The position numbers and the translations under genes are program-made. The notes beneath the pieces were generated by a model. It was not told the origin of the DNA, did not search any database, and saw only the letters and a list, made by a program, of their open reading frames with translations. This document shows positions 1 to 9,713 of a stretch of 57,425 nt of DNA, piece after piece (position 1 is the stretch's first letter; every line of letters begins with the position of its first letter). This DNA comes from Thermotogota bacterium. Its GTDB lineage: Bacteria > Hydrothermota > Hydrothermia > LBFQ01. The stretch spans positions 1 to 57,425 of the forward strand of contig JAADCS010000008.1 of the NCBI GenBank assembly GCA_013154295.1, in the 5' to 3' direction.

Positions 1-1
1 C

Positions 2-103
2 GATCCCGGAACCGGTGTGATGCGCCACGCCGATGCCGGATACGAGAAGGCCATAGAGTTCGCCAAGAGGATGGGGATAAAGATTCCGATGTTAAAACCC
101 TAA
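2..103 (+). CDS. hutU: Urocanate hydratase, C-terminal fragment (5' end outside the window)
   Basis: Manual translation gives [33 protein letters not shown]; DPGxGVxRHADAGY is the conserved urocanase C-terminal motif. Confidence 0.9.
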   Translation, partial: DPGTGVMRHADAGYEKAIEFAKRMGIKIPMLKP

Positions 104-1089
104 ACCTGCGACAGGACGAGTTTAACTATCCGCCCGGCGGCATCGGGAACGAAGTAATGGTGGAGGCGTTTACGGTATAGAGCATCCTTAAAGAGGAGCA
201 GGCGCAGCTTATTTCTTACCTTTTCCAAGTCAGCTTCCTCTTGAAGGAGCATCTCGGCAGCCCCGAAGTTTACCACATCCAAAGCGTTGTGTATCTGGTG
301 CCCTCCAGCGTAGGGATAAGGTATAAAAAGAGGGGGAACCCCCATAAGGGCGATCTCCCCTATGCTACTCATTCCGGCCCTTGTTATCACGACATCTATA
401 GCAGAATAGAATGCCTCTATCTCCTCCAAAAAGTTAATAAACAGGTAGTTTTTACCTCGTCTGGCTTGCCCCCTCTTTCCAACCAAGGCGACCACAAAAT
501 ACTTCCCGGTCTCAGCTAACTCTTCGGCCAACGAGTTTAAAAAGAGTGATCCCTGACTACCTCCCATGATTCCTACGACTGGTAGTTCAGTGTGGATACC
601 TAAGCGTTCCATAGCCTCTTCTTTGGGTATGGGAATCAACGCCTTCCTTATAGGAATACCTACGAAAACTCCTTTCTTGTAAAAACGTACCGAATGTCTA
701 AAGGCGCACAGTACTCCCCGTGAGAAGGGTTCGAAGAAACGGTTAGCCTTTCCGGGCATGGCGTCCCCTTCAAAGAGATAGATATCCCTTCCAAGTAATA
801 CGGCGTTGAAGAGGGGGGGAAATATAGGGTATCCACCGAACGCTAAGAGGACGTCCGATCTCCACACCTCCGTAAAGGTTCTGAAGATACCGTCGGCTAT
901 AATAGGCAAGTTCTTTAACTTAAGCTCGGCAGCGTTGTATACGAACTTAGCCCTGTTTATGCCCATACGTACCTTCAACCCCCCCAGAATTAGATCCACA
1001 TCCGTATAGCTTTCCAGCGCTCTGTCCAATACTGCTAAAGCCGGGGATATATGCCCACCCGTACCCCCCGAAACAAGAAGGAGCCGCAA
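100..1089 (-). CDS. murG: UDP-GlcNAc:lipid I N-acetylglucosaminyltransferase
   Basis: GGTGGH, FGGY, GGSQGS, RAG and HQxxNA motifs. Confidence 0.9.
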   Translation of the reverse strand: MRLLLVSGGTGGHISPALAVLDRALESYTDVDLILGGLKVRMGINRAKFVYNAAELKLKNLPIIADGIFRTFTEVWRSDVLLAFGGYPIFPPLFNAVLLGRDIYLFEGDAMPGKANRFFEPFSRGVLCAFRHSVRFYKKGVFVGIPIRKALIPIPKEEAMERLGIHTELPVVGIMGGSQGSLFLNSLAEELAETGKYFVVALVGKRGQARRGKNYLFINFLEEIEAFYSAIDVVITRAGMSSIGEIALMGVPPLFIPYPYAGGHQIHNALDVVNFGAAEMLLQEEADLEKVRNKLRLLLFKDALYRKRLHHYFVPDAAGRIVKLVLSQV

Positions 1090-1100
1090 GACCCGGTAGT

Positions 1101-3359
1101 TTAAGGCAGCAGCACTTTCAAAACCTGCCTTCTACCATCCTCCCATCTTATCACAAAGAAGTATATTCCACCGGAGAGGTCCTTCAATGACACCTCGGAA
1201 TTAGCTTGGAGGTGTAGTTCCTTGATCCTACGGCCCGTAGGTGAGAATACGGCTACCTTGGCATCCGCTCCTTCGACCTGAAGTCTTCTACCGGTGATCT
1301 TTACCGACCCCTTCGCAATTCCTTCGGTCACGTTCAAAGAGGTATCCCTACCGACTATACATGTTCCCACACCACCGGAGACCACCAGCGCATAGGGTTG
1401 AGGTCCGTTGGGAACGTTATAACCTTTGACCTTTATAACGTACTCACCCCGACTGGAGTTCTTTATACGCACCAACTCCCACGTGTTAACTCTGTCGTGA
1501 GGTATGCTTCCATCGTTGGGGGTGAGGTTATCAGGGCCACTGGTTGGAGCGTTCCCTATGAACACTTCGGAAGAAGGTCCCTCCACCTTAAGATCTAGAT
1601 CGTTGACCAGGCAGGAGGAGGAGTTACAGTTCGTGCTAGCTGGATAATCGGTCCAGACGAGAACAATACGTGTCACCACGTGGGGGTTACATATTTCCAC
1701 CCGATAGATATGCTCCTCGCCTGTACTTATACCCGCCGTGTTATCCACGAACCATAGATGGGATTTACGAATATCTGAAGAGTCGGTCAAACTGGTCCAG
1801 TCGTCGTAGGGTGAAAGTTCCATAACGTTATCTAAAACAGGTATACCTGCCCCCTCGTTACCGTTGGGTACGGGGTTATCGGGACCGGGAGGAGAACCAT
1901 CGGTATCTCCATCACCGCTGGCAGGTACGGCGGAGGCCAGCATGGAAGCCTTTATCAAGGCAGCGGAAGGAGTATGGGGACCGCCAGGGGCATAACCGTC
2001 TTCGTAGTATTGACGAAGGAGCAGGGCCATTCCCGCTGCCGCAGGTGTGGCCATGGAGGTGCCGCTCATGACACTTATGCCACAGGAGGTGGTGTTGTCG
2101 GCCGAATAGGTGTAGTTTCCATGCACCAAGACATCAACGCTAAATCTTCCATCGGGATACTCCCCGTAGGCGCTCCAGGTCGTCTTCCAAGGTTGGGATC
2201 GATACATAGCAGCTACCGTTAGATCGTTTTTGGCTGAAGCAGGATCGGACGCAGCTCTTCTACATCCAGAGCTACAGCCCTGATCACCATGGTTACCGGC
2301 GGCAAAGACTACCAACATATCCGGGTTGTTCCACATGAAACGGTCTATGTCGCGGGAGACGGTATTGTAGTTGGAGGGAGAACACGTCCCGTAAGGTATA
2401 CAGATGTATCCCCAACTGTTAGTGTGGACACGCGCCCCCAAGGCATAAGCGTCGTTCAGAGTGGTGTAAAAGCTAGACGCACCGCCTAAGGGTTCTTGAG
2501 ATATGAGGCGGGCCTTGTATGCCATCCCCCTATATTGGAGGTTACTGGTTTGTTCATCGGTTCCACCTACGGCCGTTCCGGCTGTATGGGTACCATGCGC
2601 ACCGTTGGCAAATCCTCCCCCATCGTAGTCCATTAGCGCGATCACTTTAGATGATCCGTCTACAGTTCCGTTGAAAAAGCAGTGACTTGGATAGAGACCG
2701 TTATCGTTATGGCCTAAGATCTGACCTTCCCCGTGAATTCCAACCGACCAAATTATGGTGTCCGGGGAAGCAACTGCATCTACATCGGCGTATTGGTATA
2801 TCTGGTGCAAAAGAGCGTTCCGGTTGTTGAAAGCCATCTTGGGATACTGTGGCTCCACAACATACACAGCCGGATGACGTGCTATCTCTCGCATCTCCTC
2901 TGTGCTTAGATAGGTTTCGTGAAACGGTCCATCCTCACTCGTGGTCACTATCTCAATACCCATGTCTTTCAGTTTTTTCTCAACTTCGCCAAGGGCCTCC
3001 TTATCGTAGAGAAGGATCCTTACCTTATAACGACTTCCAGAACGTTCCGCACATGTTAAAACGGAGCTTAGATCGGGCGGAAGCTTATACTCCGGCAATA
3101 TGGGAGCGATACCCGAAACGAACTCACGATCGAGGATCTTAGGGAGCGCAGCCGAAGATGCCTTTACCACAAAGGCAAAGTGGGGTAGATAATCGTAGAA
3201 TCTTACACCTAATTTGGAGAGTTCCTCTTTCCATTGGGGAAGTATGGGACCGCGAAACTGCAATATGAAATATTCGCTCCTTTGAACCGCCTTCAAACTC
3301 TTACTTGCGGACAGAGGATGTCCGTTAAACCAGACGGTGGCAACGAAAACCTGCAGCAT
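1101..3359 (-). CDS. Secreted S8 subtilase (KP-43-like) with a T9SS-like C-terminal sorting domain
   Basis: Catalytic triad motifs DNG, HGTHTAG and GTSMATP; oxyanion AAGN; LVWTD/NDLDL beta-domain; tail VFSPTGRRI...LSGGIYFFVI. Confidence 0.9.
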   Translation of the reverse strand: MLQVFVATVWFNGHPLSASKSLKAVQRSEYFILQFRGPILPQWKEELSKLGVRFYDYLPHFAFVVKASSAALPKILDREFVSGIAPILPEYKLPPDLSSVLTCAERSGSRYKVRILLYDKEALGEVEKKLKDMGIEIVTTSEDGPFHETYLSTEEMREIARHPAVYVVEPQYPKMAFNNRNALLHQIYQYADVDAVASPDTIIWSVGIHGEGQILGHNDNGLYPSHCFFNGTVDGSSKVIALMDYDGGGFANGAHGTHTAGTAVGGTDEQTSNLQYRGMAYKARLISQEPLGGASSFYTTLNDAYALGARVHTNSWGYICIPYGTCSPSNYNTVSRDIDRFMWNNPDMLVVFAAGNHGDQGCSSGCRRAASDPASAKNDLTVAAMYRSQPWKTTWSAYGEYPDGRFSVDVLVHGNYTYSADNTTSCGISVMSGTSMATPAAAGMALLLRQYYEDGYAPGGPHTPSAALIKASMLASAVPASGDGDTDGSPPGPDNPVPNGNEGAGIPVLDNVMELSPYDDWTSLTDSSDIRKSHLWFVDNTAGISTGEEHIYRVEICNPHVVTRIVLVWTDYPASTNCNSSSCLVNDLDLKVEGPSSEVFIGNAPTSGPDNLTPNDGSIPHDRVNTWELVRIKNSSRGEYVIKVKGYNVPNGPQPYALVVSGGVGTCIVGRDTSLNVTEGIAKGSVKITGRRLQVEGADAKVAVFSPTGRRIKELHLQANSEVSLKDLSGGIYFFVIRWEDGRRQVLKVLLP

Positions 3360-3403
3360 CGTTAGTATTCTAAAGGTGTTTTATTCACACGGTGAATTGG
3401 ATT

Positions 3404-3841
3404 TCAGACAGCTTTAGCTCTTTCTCGTAGAAGATTTTCTTGGATTATGTGAGCTATCGTGATCTCTGAAAGAATTTCTTCAATGCGCGGCTGTAGACGA
3501 TTCCAAACGCTTCTAAGAACGCAGTCGGAGACCGAGAATGTACAACCCTTCTGTTCCCCCGGAATCAGGCATTTGGCGAGGCCATACTTACCTTCAATTG
3601 CCTCTATAACATTAAGTATGCTTATACTTTCGGGGGGAACGGCCAAAGTGTATCCACCTTTTTTGCCCCGTGTACTTTTTATCATACCCGCCCGCCTCAA
3701 CTTTATAAGGAGCTGTTCCAAAAAGTTCGGGGGTATCCTCTCCAATGAACTGATTTGGGGGACGCTTATAGGTTCCTCGTTCATGCCCACTCTCGCCAAC
3801 GCCTTGATGGCGTACTCAACCCTTAAAGTAAATCTCAACAA
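3404..3841 (-). CDS. Rrf2 family transcriptional regulator (Fe-S type, three Cys)
   Basis: YAIKAL, FLEQLLxKLRRAG, STRGKKGGYxLA and a C-x7-C-x6-C cluster. Confidence 0.9.
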   Translation of the reverse strand: MLRFTLRVEYAIKALARVGMNEEPISVPQISSLERIPPNFLEQLLIKLRRAGMIKSTRGKKGGYTLAVPPESISILNVIEAIEGKYGLAKCLIPGEQKGCTFSVSDCVLRSVWNRLQPRIEEILSEITIAHIIQENLLRERAKAV

Positions 3842-3843
3842 GG

Positions 3844-3917
3844 AGGTGGCGCCGGGATTCGAACCCGGGAATAGCGGATTTGCAATCCGCCGCCTTAGTC
3901 CGCTTGGCTACGCCACC
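3844..3917 (-). tRNA. tRNA-Cys(GCA)
   Basis: Cloverleaf GGTGGCG...GCGGA-TT-GCA-AA-TCCGC...GGTTCGAATCC...CGCCACC-T; followed by CC only, so CCA is not fully encoded. Confidence 0.95.
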
Positions 3918-3928
3918 CTGAAGATTTT

Positions 3929-3980
3929 ATTATAGAGTCGTCGGATACGCTGTTGCAAGTAAAAATTACGACCTTACAAT
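3929..3980. promoter_or_regulatory. Divergent sigma70-type promoters sharing a palindromic -35 (TTGCAA, 3953-3958)
   Basis: Minus strand has TATAAT at 3929-3934 (18-nt spacer) before tRNA-Cys; plus strand has TACAAT at 3975-3980 (16-nt spacer) before rseP. Confidence 0.6.
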
Positions 3981-3988
3981 AGGCGACC

Positions 3989-5254
3989 GTGTTTGAAGGT
4001 CTCCTATCACTGGTGGCTATCCTGTTTGGATTTGGGCTTCTCATAGTCTGGCACGAGTTGGGTCACCTTTTGGCAGCCCTATCCGTAGGCGTTAAAGTGG
4101 AGGTTTTCTCAATCGGTTTCGGTAGAAGGTTGTTTGGATTTCGTTGGAGGGGTATAGACGTCAGAATTTCGGCTATACCCTTCGGAGGATACGTCAGGTT
4201 CGCTGATGAGGGCAATGCGGGGATACCCCTTGAGTTTTTCTCACGTCCTCTCTGGCAGAGAATCTGGGTGGTGGTGGCTGGTCCTCTTTTCTCCTTTATT
4301 TTAGGTCCCATCCTCATCGCCTTGGCCTTGGGCATCTCCGGACGGTTGAGTGTCATGACCACACGTATATGGCGTTCCCATGTGGTGGAGTTTAAGGATA
4401 TGGATTCGGTCTTGACGCTAAACGGTGAGTTTCTAAGGAGTGGGGAGAGATTTTTGAACCTTATAGGTAGGGAGGGTAAGAAAGATGTAGAGCTTTTGCG
4501 CGGTAACCGTCGCTTAAGCTTCGTCATAACGAGAAGGATCCCCCCCGAAAGTTTGGAGATGAGAATACCGCCCGTCGTGGGAGAGGTTCGGAAGGGGTGG
4601 CCGGCGGAGAGTGCCGGTTTGAGGGTGGGTGATACGATACTTGCTGTAGATAGCCTGCGAATATTCACCTGGCAGCAGTTGGTAGAATACGTTAAGGATA
4701 AGAAAGACGGAAGTGAGGTCCTCTTGGTGGTTAAAAGAGGAAAAGACACCCTCCGGATTCAGGTTAAAGTCCGGAGGGAAGGGGACAGGGGGTTTATAGG
4801 CGTAACCGCTGCGTACCGTACTTACCCCATGTCACCTGTAGAGATTCTCAAGGAAACTGGTCGTTTGACGTTTAAATTTTCGGTTCTACTCTTTGATGCT
4901 CTAAAGAAGGTCGTGAAGAGGGAGGCTAAGGTTGAGGAGACCATAGGAGGACCTATCACTATAGGGGCAGCTATGGCGGTCAGCGCTCAACAAGGGCTTG
5001 ATCGTTACCTCCTACTTTTGGCCGTTATTACTCTACAGCTTGCCGTTATAAATCTGTTCCCTATACCAGGTCTTGACGGGGGACATATACTTCTATTTTT
5101 GGTGGATGAGATATACTACCGGATAAGGAAACGTCGCATTCCCATGCGGGCGTACTTCTGGATCATGATGGTAGGTTTCAGTCTACTCGTGACCTTGGCG
5201 ATCCTGGTTCTTGGTCTTGATGTTTTCAGACTTATGACAGGTAAGCTCAGATGA
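3989..5254 (+). CDS. rseP: RIP metalloprotease RseP (M50 with PDZ domain)
   Basis: HELGH, FSIGFG, AIPFGGYV, AGP, a PDZ domain and NLFPIPGLDGG. Confidence 0.93.
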   Translation: MFEGLLSLVAILFGFGLLIVWHELGHLLAALSVGVKVEVFSIGFGRRLFGFRWRGIDVRISAIPFGGYVRFADEGNAGIPLEFFSRPLWQRIWVVVAGPLFSFILGPILIALALGISGRLSVMTTRIWRSHVVEFKDMDSVLTLNGEFLRSGERFLNLIGREGKKDVELLRGNRRLSFVITRRIPPESLEMRIPPVVGEVRKGWPAESAGLRVGDTILAVDSLRIFTWQQLVEYVKDKKDGSEVLLVVKRGKDTLRIQVKVRREGDRGFIGVTAAYRTYPMSPVEILKETGRLTFKFSVLLFDALKKVVKREAKVEETIGGPITIGAAMAVSAQQGLDRYLLLLAVITLQLAVINLFPIPGLDGGHILLFLVDEIYYRIRKRRIPMRAYFWIMMVGFSLLVTLAILVLGLDVFRLMTGKLR

Positions 5255-5352
5255 TGGGGACCGTACAAGGCGTTCTAACGATGGAAAAATAAATTGGCGT
5301 GATACTGCCAAACCGAAGAAAAGGCCACAACGGAACAGCGATACTACAGTTC

Positions 5353-5384
5353 GTACTCATCTTGGATGTTTCCGCAAAGGAAAG
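5353..5384 (+). repeat. Degenerate copy of the 36-nt palindromic intergenic repeat
   Basis: GTACTCATCTTGGATGTTTCCGCAAAGGAAAG aligns by eye, with gaps, to GTTTCACTTGGAGGCTGTTTGGCCGCAGAGTGAAAC. Confidence 0.4.
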
Positions 5385-5438
5385 CATACCGTTATCACGT
5401 TCAGATATTTAGTCTTTCAGGTCTATAATAACCTCCTC

Positions 5439-6842
5439 ATGGAGATGGCAAAGAGCCTTTTTCTCATTGGTCCAGAGCTTACGATAGCGGTAGGTATCCT
5501 GTTGGTCCTCCTGCTCGATGTGGTAATACGAAAGGAGAAATGGATATTAAGTCTGATCTCTCTGTTTTTTATAGGTGTTGCCGGGATTCTCACCTTTGCA
5601 ACCTTAAGGGTATCAGGTGAGGCATTCGGCATGCTGTTGGTTTCCCCTTTGGGCAGGACTTTTGACTTGATAATCCTTTTGGGGGCAGCACTTACAACCC
5701 TTTTGGCTTGGGATAAAAAGGGGGAACATAACTTCCTGTTACTCTCGGCCGTTCTCGGGGCGATGGTTCTTGTAAAGTCCATACACTTTATCTCGTTCAT
5801 TTTGGCCTTGGAACTTTTCTCCTTCGCTGTAATAGGTCAGATAGCCTTAGAAGGTGATCGTTTTGCAACCGAGGCGGCCTTAAAGTTCTTTATACTATCG
5901 GTTTTAGCGTCAACTTTCCTGGTCATGGGAGCGGCTTTCCTCTACATGATCTACGGTAGCTTTTACTTCCCCATAGCGTATCTTAGCGACGTGTTCGAGC
6001 TTAAATCTCTAAGCTCCTCACTTCTTTTCATCTTAGGTTTCGTTTTCATTCTCGTGGGTATGGGCTTCAAACTCTCCGCCGTGCCCTTCCATTTTTGGAC
6101 TCCGGAAGTCTTTAGAGGGGCGCACTCCTCGGTTGCCGGTTTTGTGGCCACTGTATCCAAAGCGTCGGCCTTCGGGTTTCTGATAAACCTGCTATGGATA
6201 ACCTTCGGTAGGCAGGTTGCTTTGTGGAGTGATCTTCTACTCTGGATAGGTGCTATAACTATGTTGGTGGGTAATCTGGCTGCGTTGGGAGAGAGAGATA
6301 TAAAGCGCATGCTGGGGTACTCCACCATAGCCCATGCCGGTTATATCCTCACAGCCATAGGGGTTGGTACCAATTTTGGCGTGGGTTCGGCTCTCTTTTA
6401 CCTTTTCATTTATACCTTGATGACCTTGGGTGCCTTTGCTGTGGTCAATTCTGTAGGTGAAAGGAGGAGCGACCTATCCTACTATAGAGGGCTTTTGCGC
6501 ACTAACCCCTTCCAAACCGTTCTGTTGGTGATCTTCTTCGTATCTTTGGCTGGCATACCTCCCACGGCAGGGTTTGTCGGCAAGTTCTATCTTTTCTCCT
6601 CCGTTCTACAGGCTGGAGAAGTTGGATTCGTGGTTTGGGCTTTGATAAATGGTGTTATCTCGGCTTACTACTATATGAGACCTGTGTTCTACGCTCTGGG
6701 ATTTGAACCTGAACATGTCTTTGAGGCTAAATTACGACCAGCCCTCTTCTTGGTTATGATCGTTGGTCTTGTGGGAGTATTTTACTTCGGTCTCGCTCCG
6801 AGTGGTCTTCTGGAGTTTGCCAGATCGGTCGTAGGGTATTGA
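5439..6842 (+). CDS. nuoN: NADH-quinone oxidoreductase subunit N
   Basis: TEAALKFF, FKLSAVPFHFWTPEV, KRMLGYSTIAHAGY and SLAGIPPTAGFVGKF. Confidence 0.93.
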   Translation: MEMAKSLFLIGPELTIAVGILLVLLLDVVIRKEKWILSLISLFFIGVAGILTFATLRVSGEAFGMLLVSPLGRTFDLIILLGAALTTLLAWDKKGEHNFLLLSAVLGAMVLVKSIHFISFILALELFSFAVIGQIALEGDRFATEAALKFFILSVLASTFLVMGAAFLYMIYGSFYFPIAYLSDVFELKSLSSSLLFILGFVFILVGMGFKLSAVPFHFWTPEVFRGAHSSVAGFVATVSKASAFGFLINLLWITFGRQVALWSDLLLWIGAITMLVGNLAALGERDIKRMLGYSTIAHAGYILTAIGVGTNFGVGSALFYLFIYTLMTLGAFAVVNSVGERRSDLSYYRGLLRTNPFQTVLLVIFFVSLAGIPPTAGFVGKFYLFSSVLQAGEVGFVVWALINGVISAYYYMRPVFYALGFEPEHVFEAKLRPALFLVMIVGLVGVFYFGLAPSGLLEFARSVVGY

Positions 6843-7525
6843 TGTGGCCTTTTGAGGGGAAGGGAGTTTGGCTCCTATACGACCCCGACCGCCTCTCACC
6901 GGAGGATTTTATGGAGAGGTTGGAGAGATTCCGTGAAACTTTACGACCTTCGGCCGTGCTGGTAGGTACCAGCTTCCTTGAGGGGAACATATGCGAGAGG
7001 GTGAGGATTCTTAAGGGCACGACCGACCTTCCGGTTATCTTATTTCCGGGTTCCCACTACCAGCTCTGTCCCTTTTACGATTACGTTCTCTTTCTGTCGT
7101 TGCTTTCAGGTAGAAACCCGGAGTATCTGATCGGTGAGCATGTTAAGGCAGCTCCGCAGATAAAGCGCTTGGGCCTTAAGGTGATACCGGTGGCATACCT
7201 ACTCATAGATGGTGGCACCTACACCGCCACAGAGTTTGTCAGTAACACCAAACCTATACCGAGAGATAAGCCGGAGTTAATTCTGGCCCACGTTTTAGCG
7301 GCCAGGTATTTGGGGTTTGCCGCCGTGTATCTTGAGGCTGGTTCCGGAGCCGTTTTGAGCGTTCCAACGGATACGGTGACCAAAGTAAAGGAGGAAGTAG
7401 GGCTACCTGTCATAGTGGGTGGTGGCATAAGGAGCCTCCAGGAGGTGGATGAGTATCATGGGGCCGGTGCAGACGTGGTGGTGATAGGTACGGCCGTAGA
7501 GGATGGCAATCTAAAGGGTACATGA
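6839..7525 (+). CDS. Geranylgeranylglyceryl/heptaprenylglyceryl phosphate synthase (group II-like)
   Basis: DPD, PVILFPG, SLLSGRNPEYLIG, YLEAGSGA and VGGGIRS. Confidence 0.9.
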   Translation: MMWPFEGKGVWLLYDPDRLSPEDFMERLERFRETLRPSAVLVGTSFLEGNICERVRILKGTTDLPVILFPGSHYQLCPFYDYVLFLSLLSGRNPEYLIGEHVKAAPQIKRLGLKVIPVAYLLIDGGTYTATEFVSNTKPIPRDKPELILAHVLAARYLGFAAVYLEAGSGAVLSVPTDTVTKVKEEVGLPVIVGGGIRSLQEVDEYHGAGADVVVIGTAVEDGNLKGT

Positions 7526-7547
7526 TACATCGGTATAATTGACGCTT

Positions 7548-8528
7548 ATGTTGGAGTTCAACCTTGAGGATATAGCCGGTACTTCCGAGGTGGAAAGTGA
7601 ATGGGATGTGGCGATAGTAGGAGGTGGGCCTGCGGGTTTAACGGCGGCTCTCTATTCTGGCAGATCCATGCGAAAGACTATCATCTTCGAAAAGTTAGCT
7701 GTAGGTGGCCAGATCTCCGTTACGGATGAGGTTGATAACTACCCTGGTATAGAGAGAATCAAGGGGCCAGAGTTGGCCAGGCTTATGGAAAAACACGCCA
7801 AGAGATTCGGTGCCAAGATCGTTTTCGCCGAGGTTCTAAAGATACGCAAGGAAGAAGGCGGAAAGTTTACACTTGAAACCACAGAAGGTGCATTCAAGGC
7901 CAAAGCGGTCATATGGGCTACGGGTGCCGAACCGAGGAAGTTGGGAGTCCCTGGTGAGAAGGAATTCACCGGTAGGGGTGTCTCTTACTGTGCCGTGTGT
8001 GACGGTCCCTTCTTCAAGGGCAAACCTGTCGCCGTGATAGGTGGTGGTGACTCCGCCTTCACCGAGGCTCTTTACCTCGCGGGTATAGCGGGCAAGGTTT
8101 ATCTCATACACCGCCGGGAACAGTTTAGAGCGCAGAGGATATACGTGGAGCAGCTGAAAAGCAAACCCAACGTTGAGTTCCTTTTGAATAAGGTGGTGGT
8201 TGAATTCGTTGGGGATAAGATGCTCAAGGGGCTACGTTTGGTGGACACTAAAACCGGGGAAGAGAGTTTCTTGGAGGTGAGCGCGGCTTTCGTGTATATC
8301 GGCCTCAGGCCCGTAAACGAGGTCATCCAAGATCTTGTAGATCTGGATGAGAGGGGGTTTGCTTTGGTGGGTGAGGATACTAAAACCAAGACACCGGGCC
8401 TGTTCGTGGCTGGGGATGGTCGTGTGAAGTTTCTAAGGCAGGTGGTCACAGCTGTGGCGGATGGGGCCGTGGCCGCCATGATGGCCGACGAGTATATAAG
8501 AGAAGTTGAAAGCGAAGGGCAACCTTAA
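7548..8528 (+). CDS. trxB: Thioredoxin-disulfide reductase (start moved to ATG 7548)
   Basis: GGGPAG, GVSYCAVCDG, GGGDSA, HRR and AGD; TATAAT 8 nt before ATG 7548. Confidence 0.93.
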   Translation: MLEFNLEDIAGTSEVESEWDVAIVGGGPAGLTAALYSGRSMRKTIIFEKLAVGGQISVTDEVDNYPGIERIKGPELARLMEKHAKRFGAKIVFAEVLKIRKEEGGKFTLETTEGAFKAKAVIWATGAEPRKLGVPGEKEFTGRGVSYCAVCDGPFFKGKPVAVIGGGDSAFTEALYLAGIAGKVYLIHRREQFRAQRIYVEQLKSKPNVEFLLNKVVVEFVGDKMLKGLRLVDTKTGEESFLEVSAAFVYIGLRPVNEVIQDLVDLDERGFALVGEDTKTKTPGLFVAGDGRVKFLRQVVTAVADGAVAAMMADEYIREVESEGQP

Positions 8529-8540
8529 AATACCAAATCC

Positions 8541-9713
8541 ATGGCTAGGAAGACCATACTATCCGGAATGCGACCGACCGGTCGGATGCATGTGGGACAT
8601 CTGGCTGGAGTTTTGAGTAACTGGGTCAAATTACAGTATGAGTATGAATGCTTATACGAGATAGCCGATTGGCATGCTCTAACCGACGATCCCTACCGAT
8701 CCAAGGAGATAGATGAGAACGTTTTGGGTATGGTTAAGGATTGGTTAGCCGTGGGCATAGATCCTTCCAAGGCTACGATATTCCGCCAATCCTACGTACC
8801 AGAACATGCTGAACTCCATCTGATGTTTTCTATGTTGGTATCCGTTCCTCGACTCCTACGAAATCCTACTTTCAAGGAAAAGCTGGCTGAACTACGCAAG
8901 AAAAAGGGCTACACCCGATTGGCTTTCAAGATGGGTGAGCTTGATGTGGAGAAGGAGCTGGAGGGTGCGTTGAATTTCCTACGGAGTGAAAATCCAGCCA
9001 AGGCTCTTAGAATGCTTCAAAGTTTAATAAGCCGAACCAAAAGCGAAGTATTAGATAGGATAACGACGGAAACGGTCTTGGATGAAACGGCTATACCGCC
9101 GGAGATCTCCTACGGTTTTTTGGGCTACCCGGTACTTCAGGCTGCTGATATACTCCTATATAAGGGGGAAGTGGTACCCATAGGGGAGGATCAGCTTCCC
9201 CACCTTGAGCTTACGAGGGAGATAGCAAGGGATTTTAATCGTCACTACGCCCCCATATTTCCCGTCCCCGAACCCCTACTTACGGAGACACCTAGAATAT
9301 TAGGAACGGATGGCCGTAAAATGTCTAAATCTTACGATAACGCCATCTTTCTAAGTGATCCTCCCGAAGTTATAGAGAAGAAGGTAAAATCCAGTATAAC
9401 GGATCCGATGAAGGTGCGGCTCAAGGATCCTGGGAGACCTGAGATTTGCCCCATCTTTCAAATGCATAGGGTCTTCAACCGAGAGGAGGCTCCGGTGATA
9501 GAGGAAGCCTGTCGGGCTGGGGAGCTTGGATGTGTCGCCTGCAAAAAACGCCTGGCTGAAGTTTTGAAGGAGAAGCTTGCTCCCATAAGAGATAGGGCCG
9601 CCTCCTACAGCGATGATGAGGTTTCGGAGGTGATACGTGAGGGTTCAAGGAGGGCTAAGGAAAGGGCCATACGCACCATGGAGGAAGTAAGGGGGGCCGT
9701 TTTCGGTTCGTGA
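8541..9713 (+). CDS. trpS: Tryptophan-tRNA ligase with a ~65 aa insertion
   Basis: SGMRPTG, HVGH, YPVLQAADIL, GEDQ and KMSKS. Confidence 0.95.
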   Translation: MARKTILSGMRPTGRMHVGHLAGVLSNWVKLQYEYECLYEIADWHALTDDPYRSKEIDENVLGMVKDWLAVGIDPSKATIFRQSYVPEHAELHLMFSMLVSVPRLLRNPTFKEKLAELRKKKGYTRLAFKMGELDVEKELEGALNFLRSENPAKALRMLQSLISRTKSEVLDRITTETVLDETAIPPEISYGFLGYPVLQAADILLYKGEVVPIGEDQLPHLELTREIARDFNRHYAPIFPVPEPLLTETPRILGTDGRKMSKSYDNAIFLSDPPEVIEKKVKSSITDPMKVRLKDPGRPEICPIFQMHRVFNREEAPVIEEACRAGELGCVACKKRLAEVLKEKLAPIRDRAASYSDDEVSEVIREGSRRAKERAIRTMEEVRGAVFGS

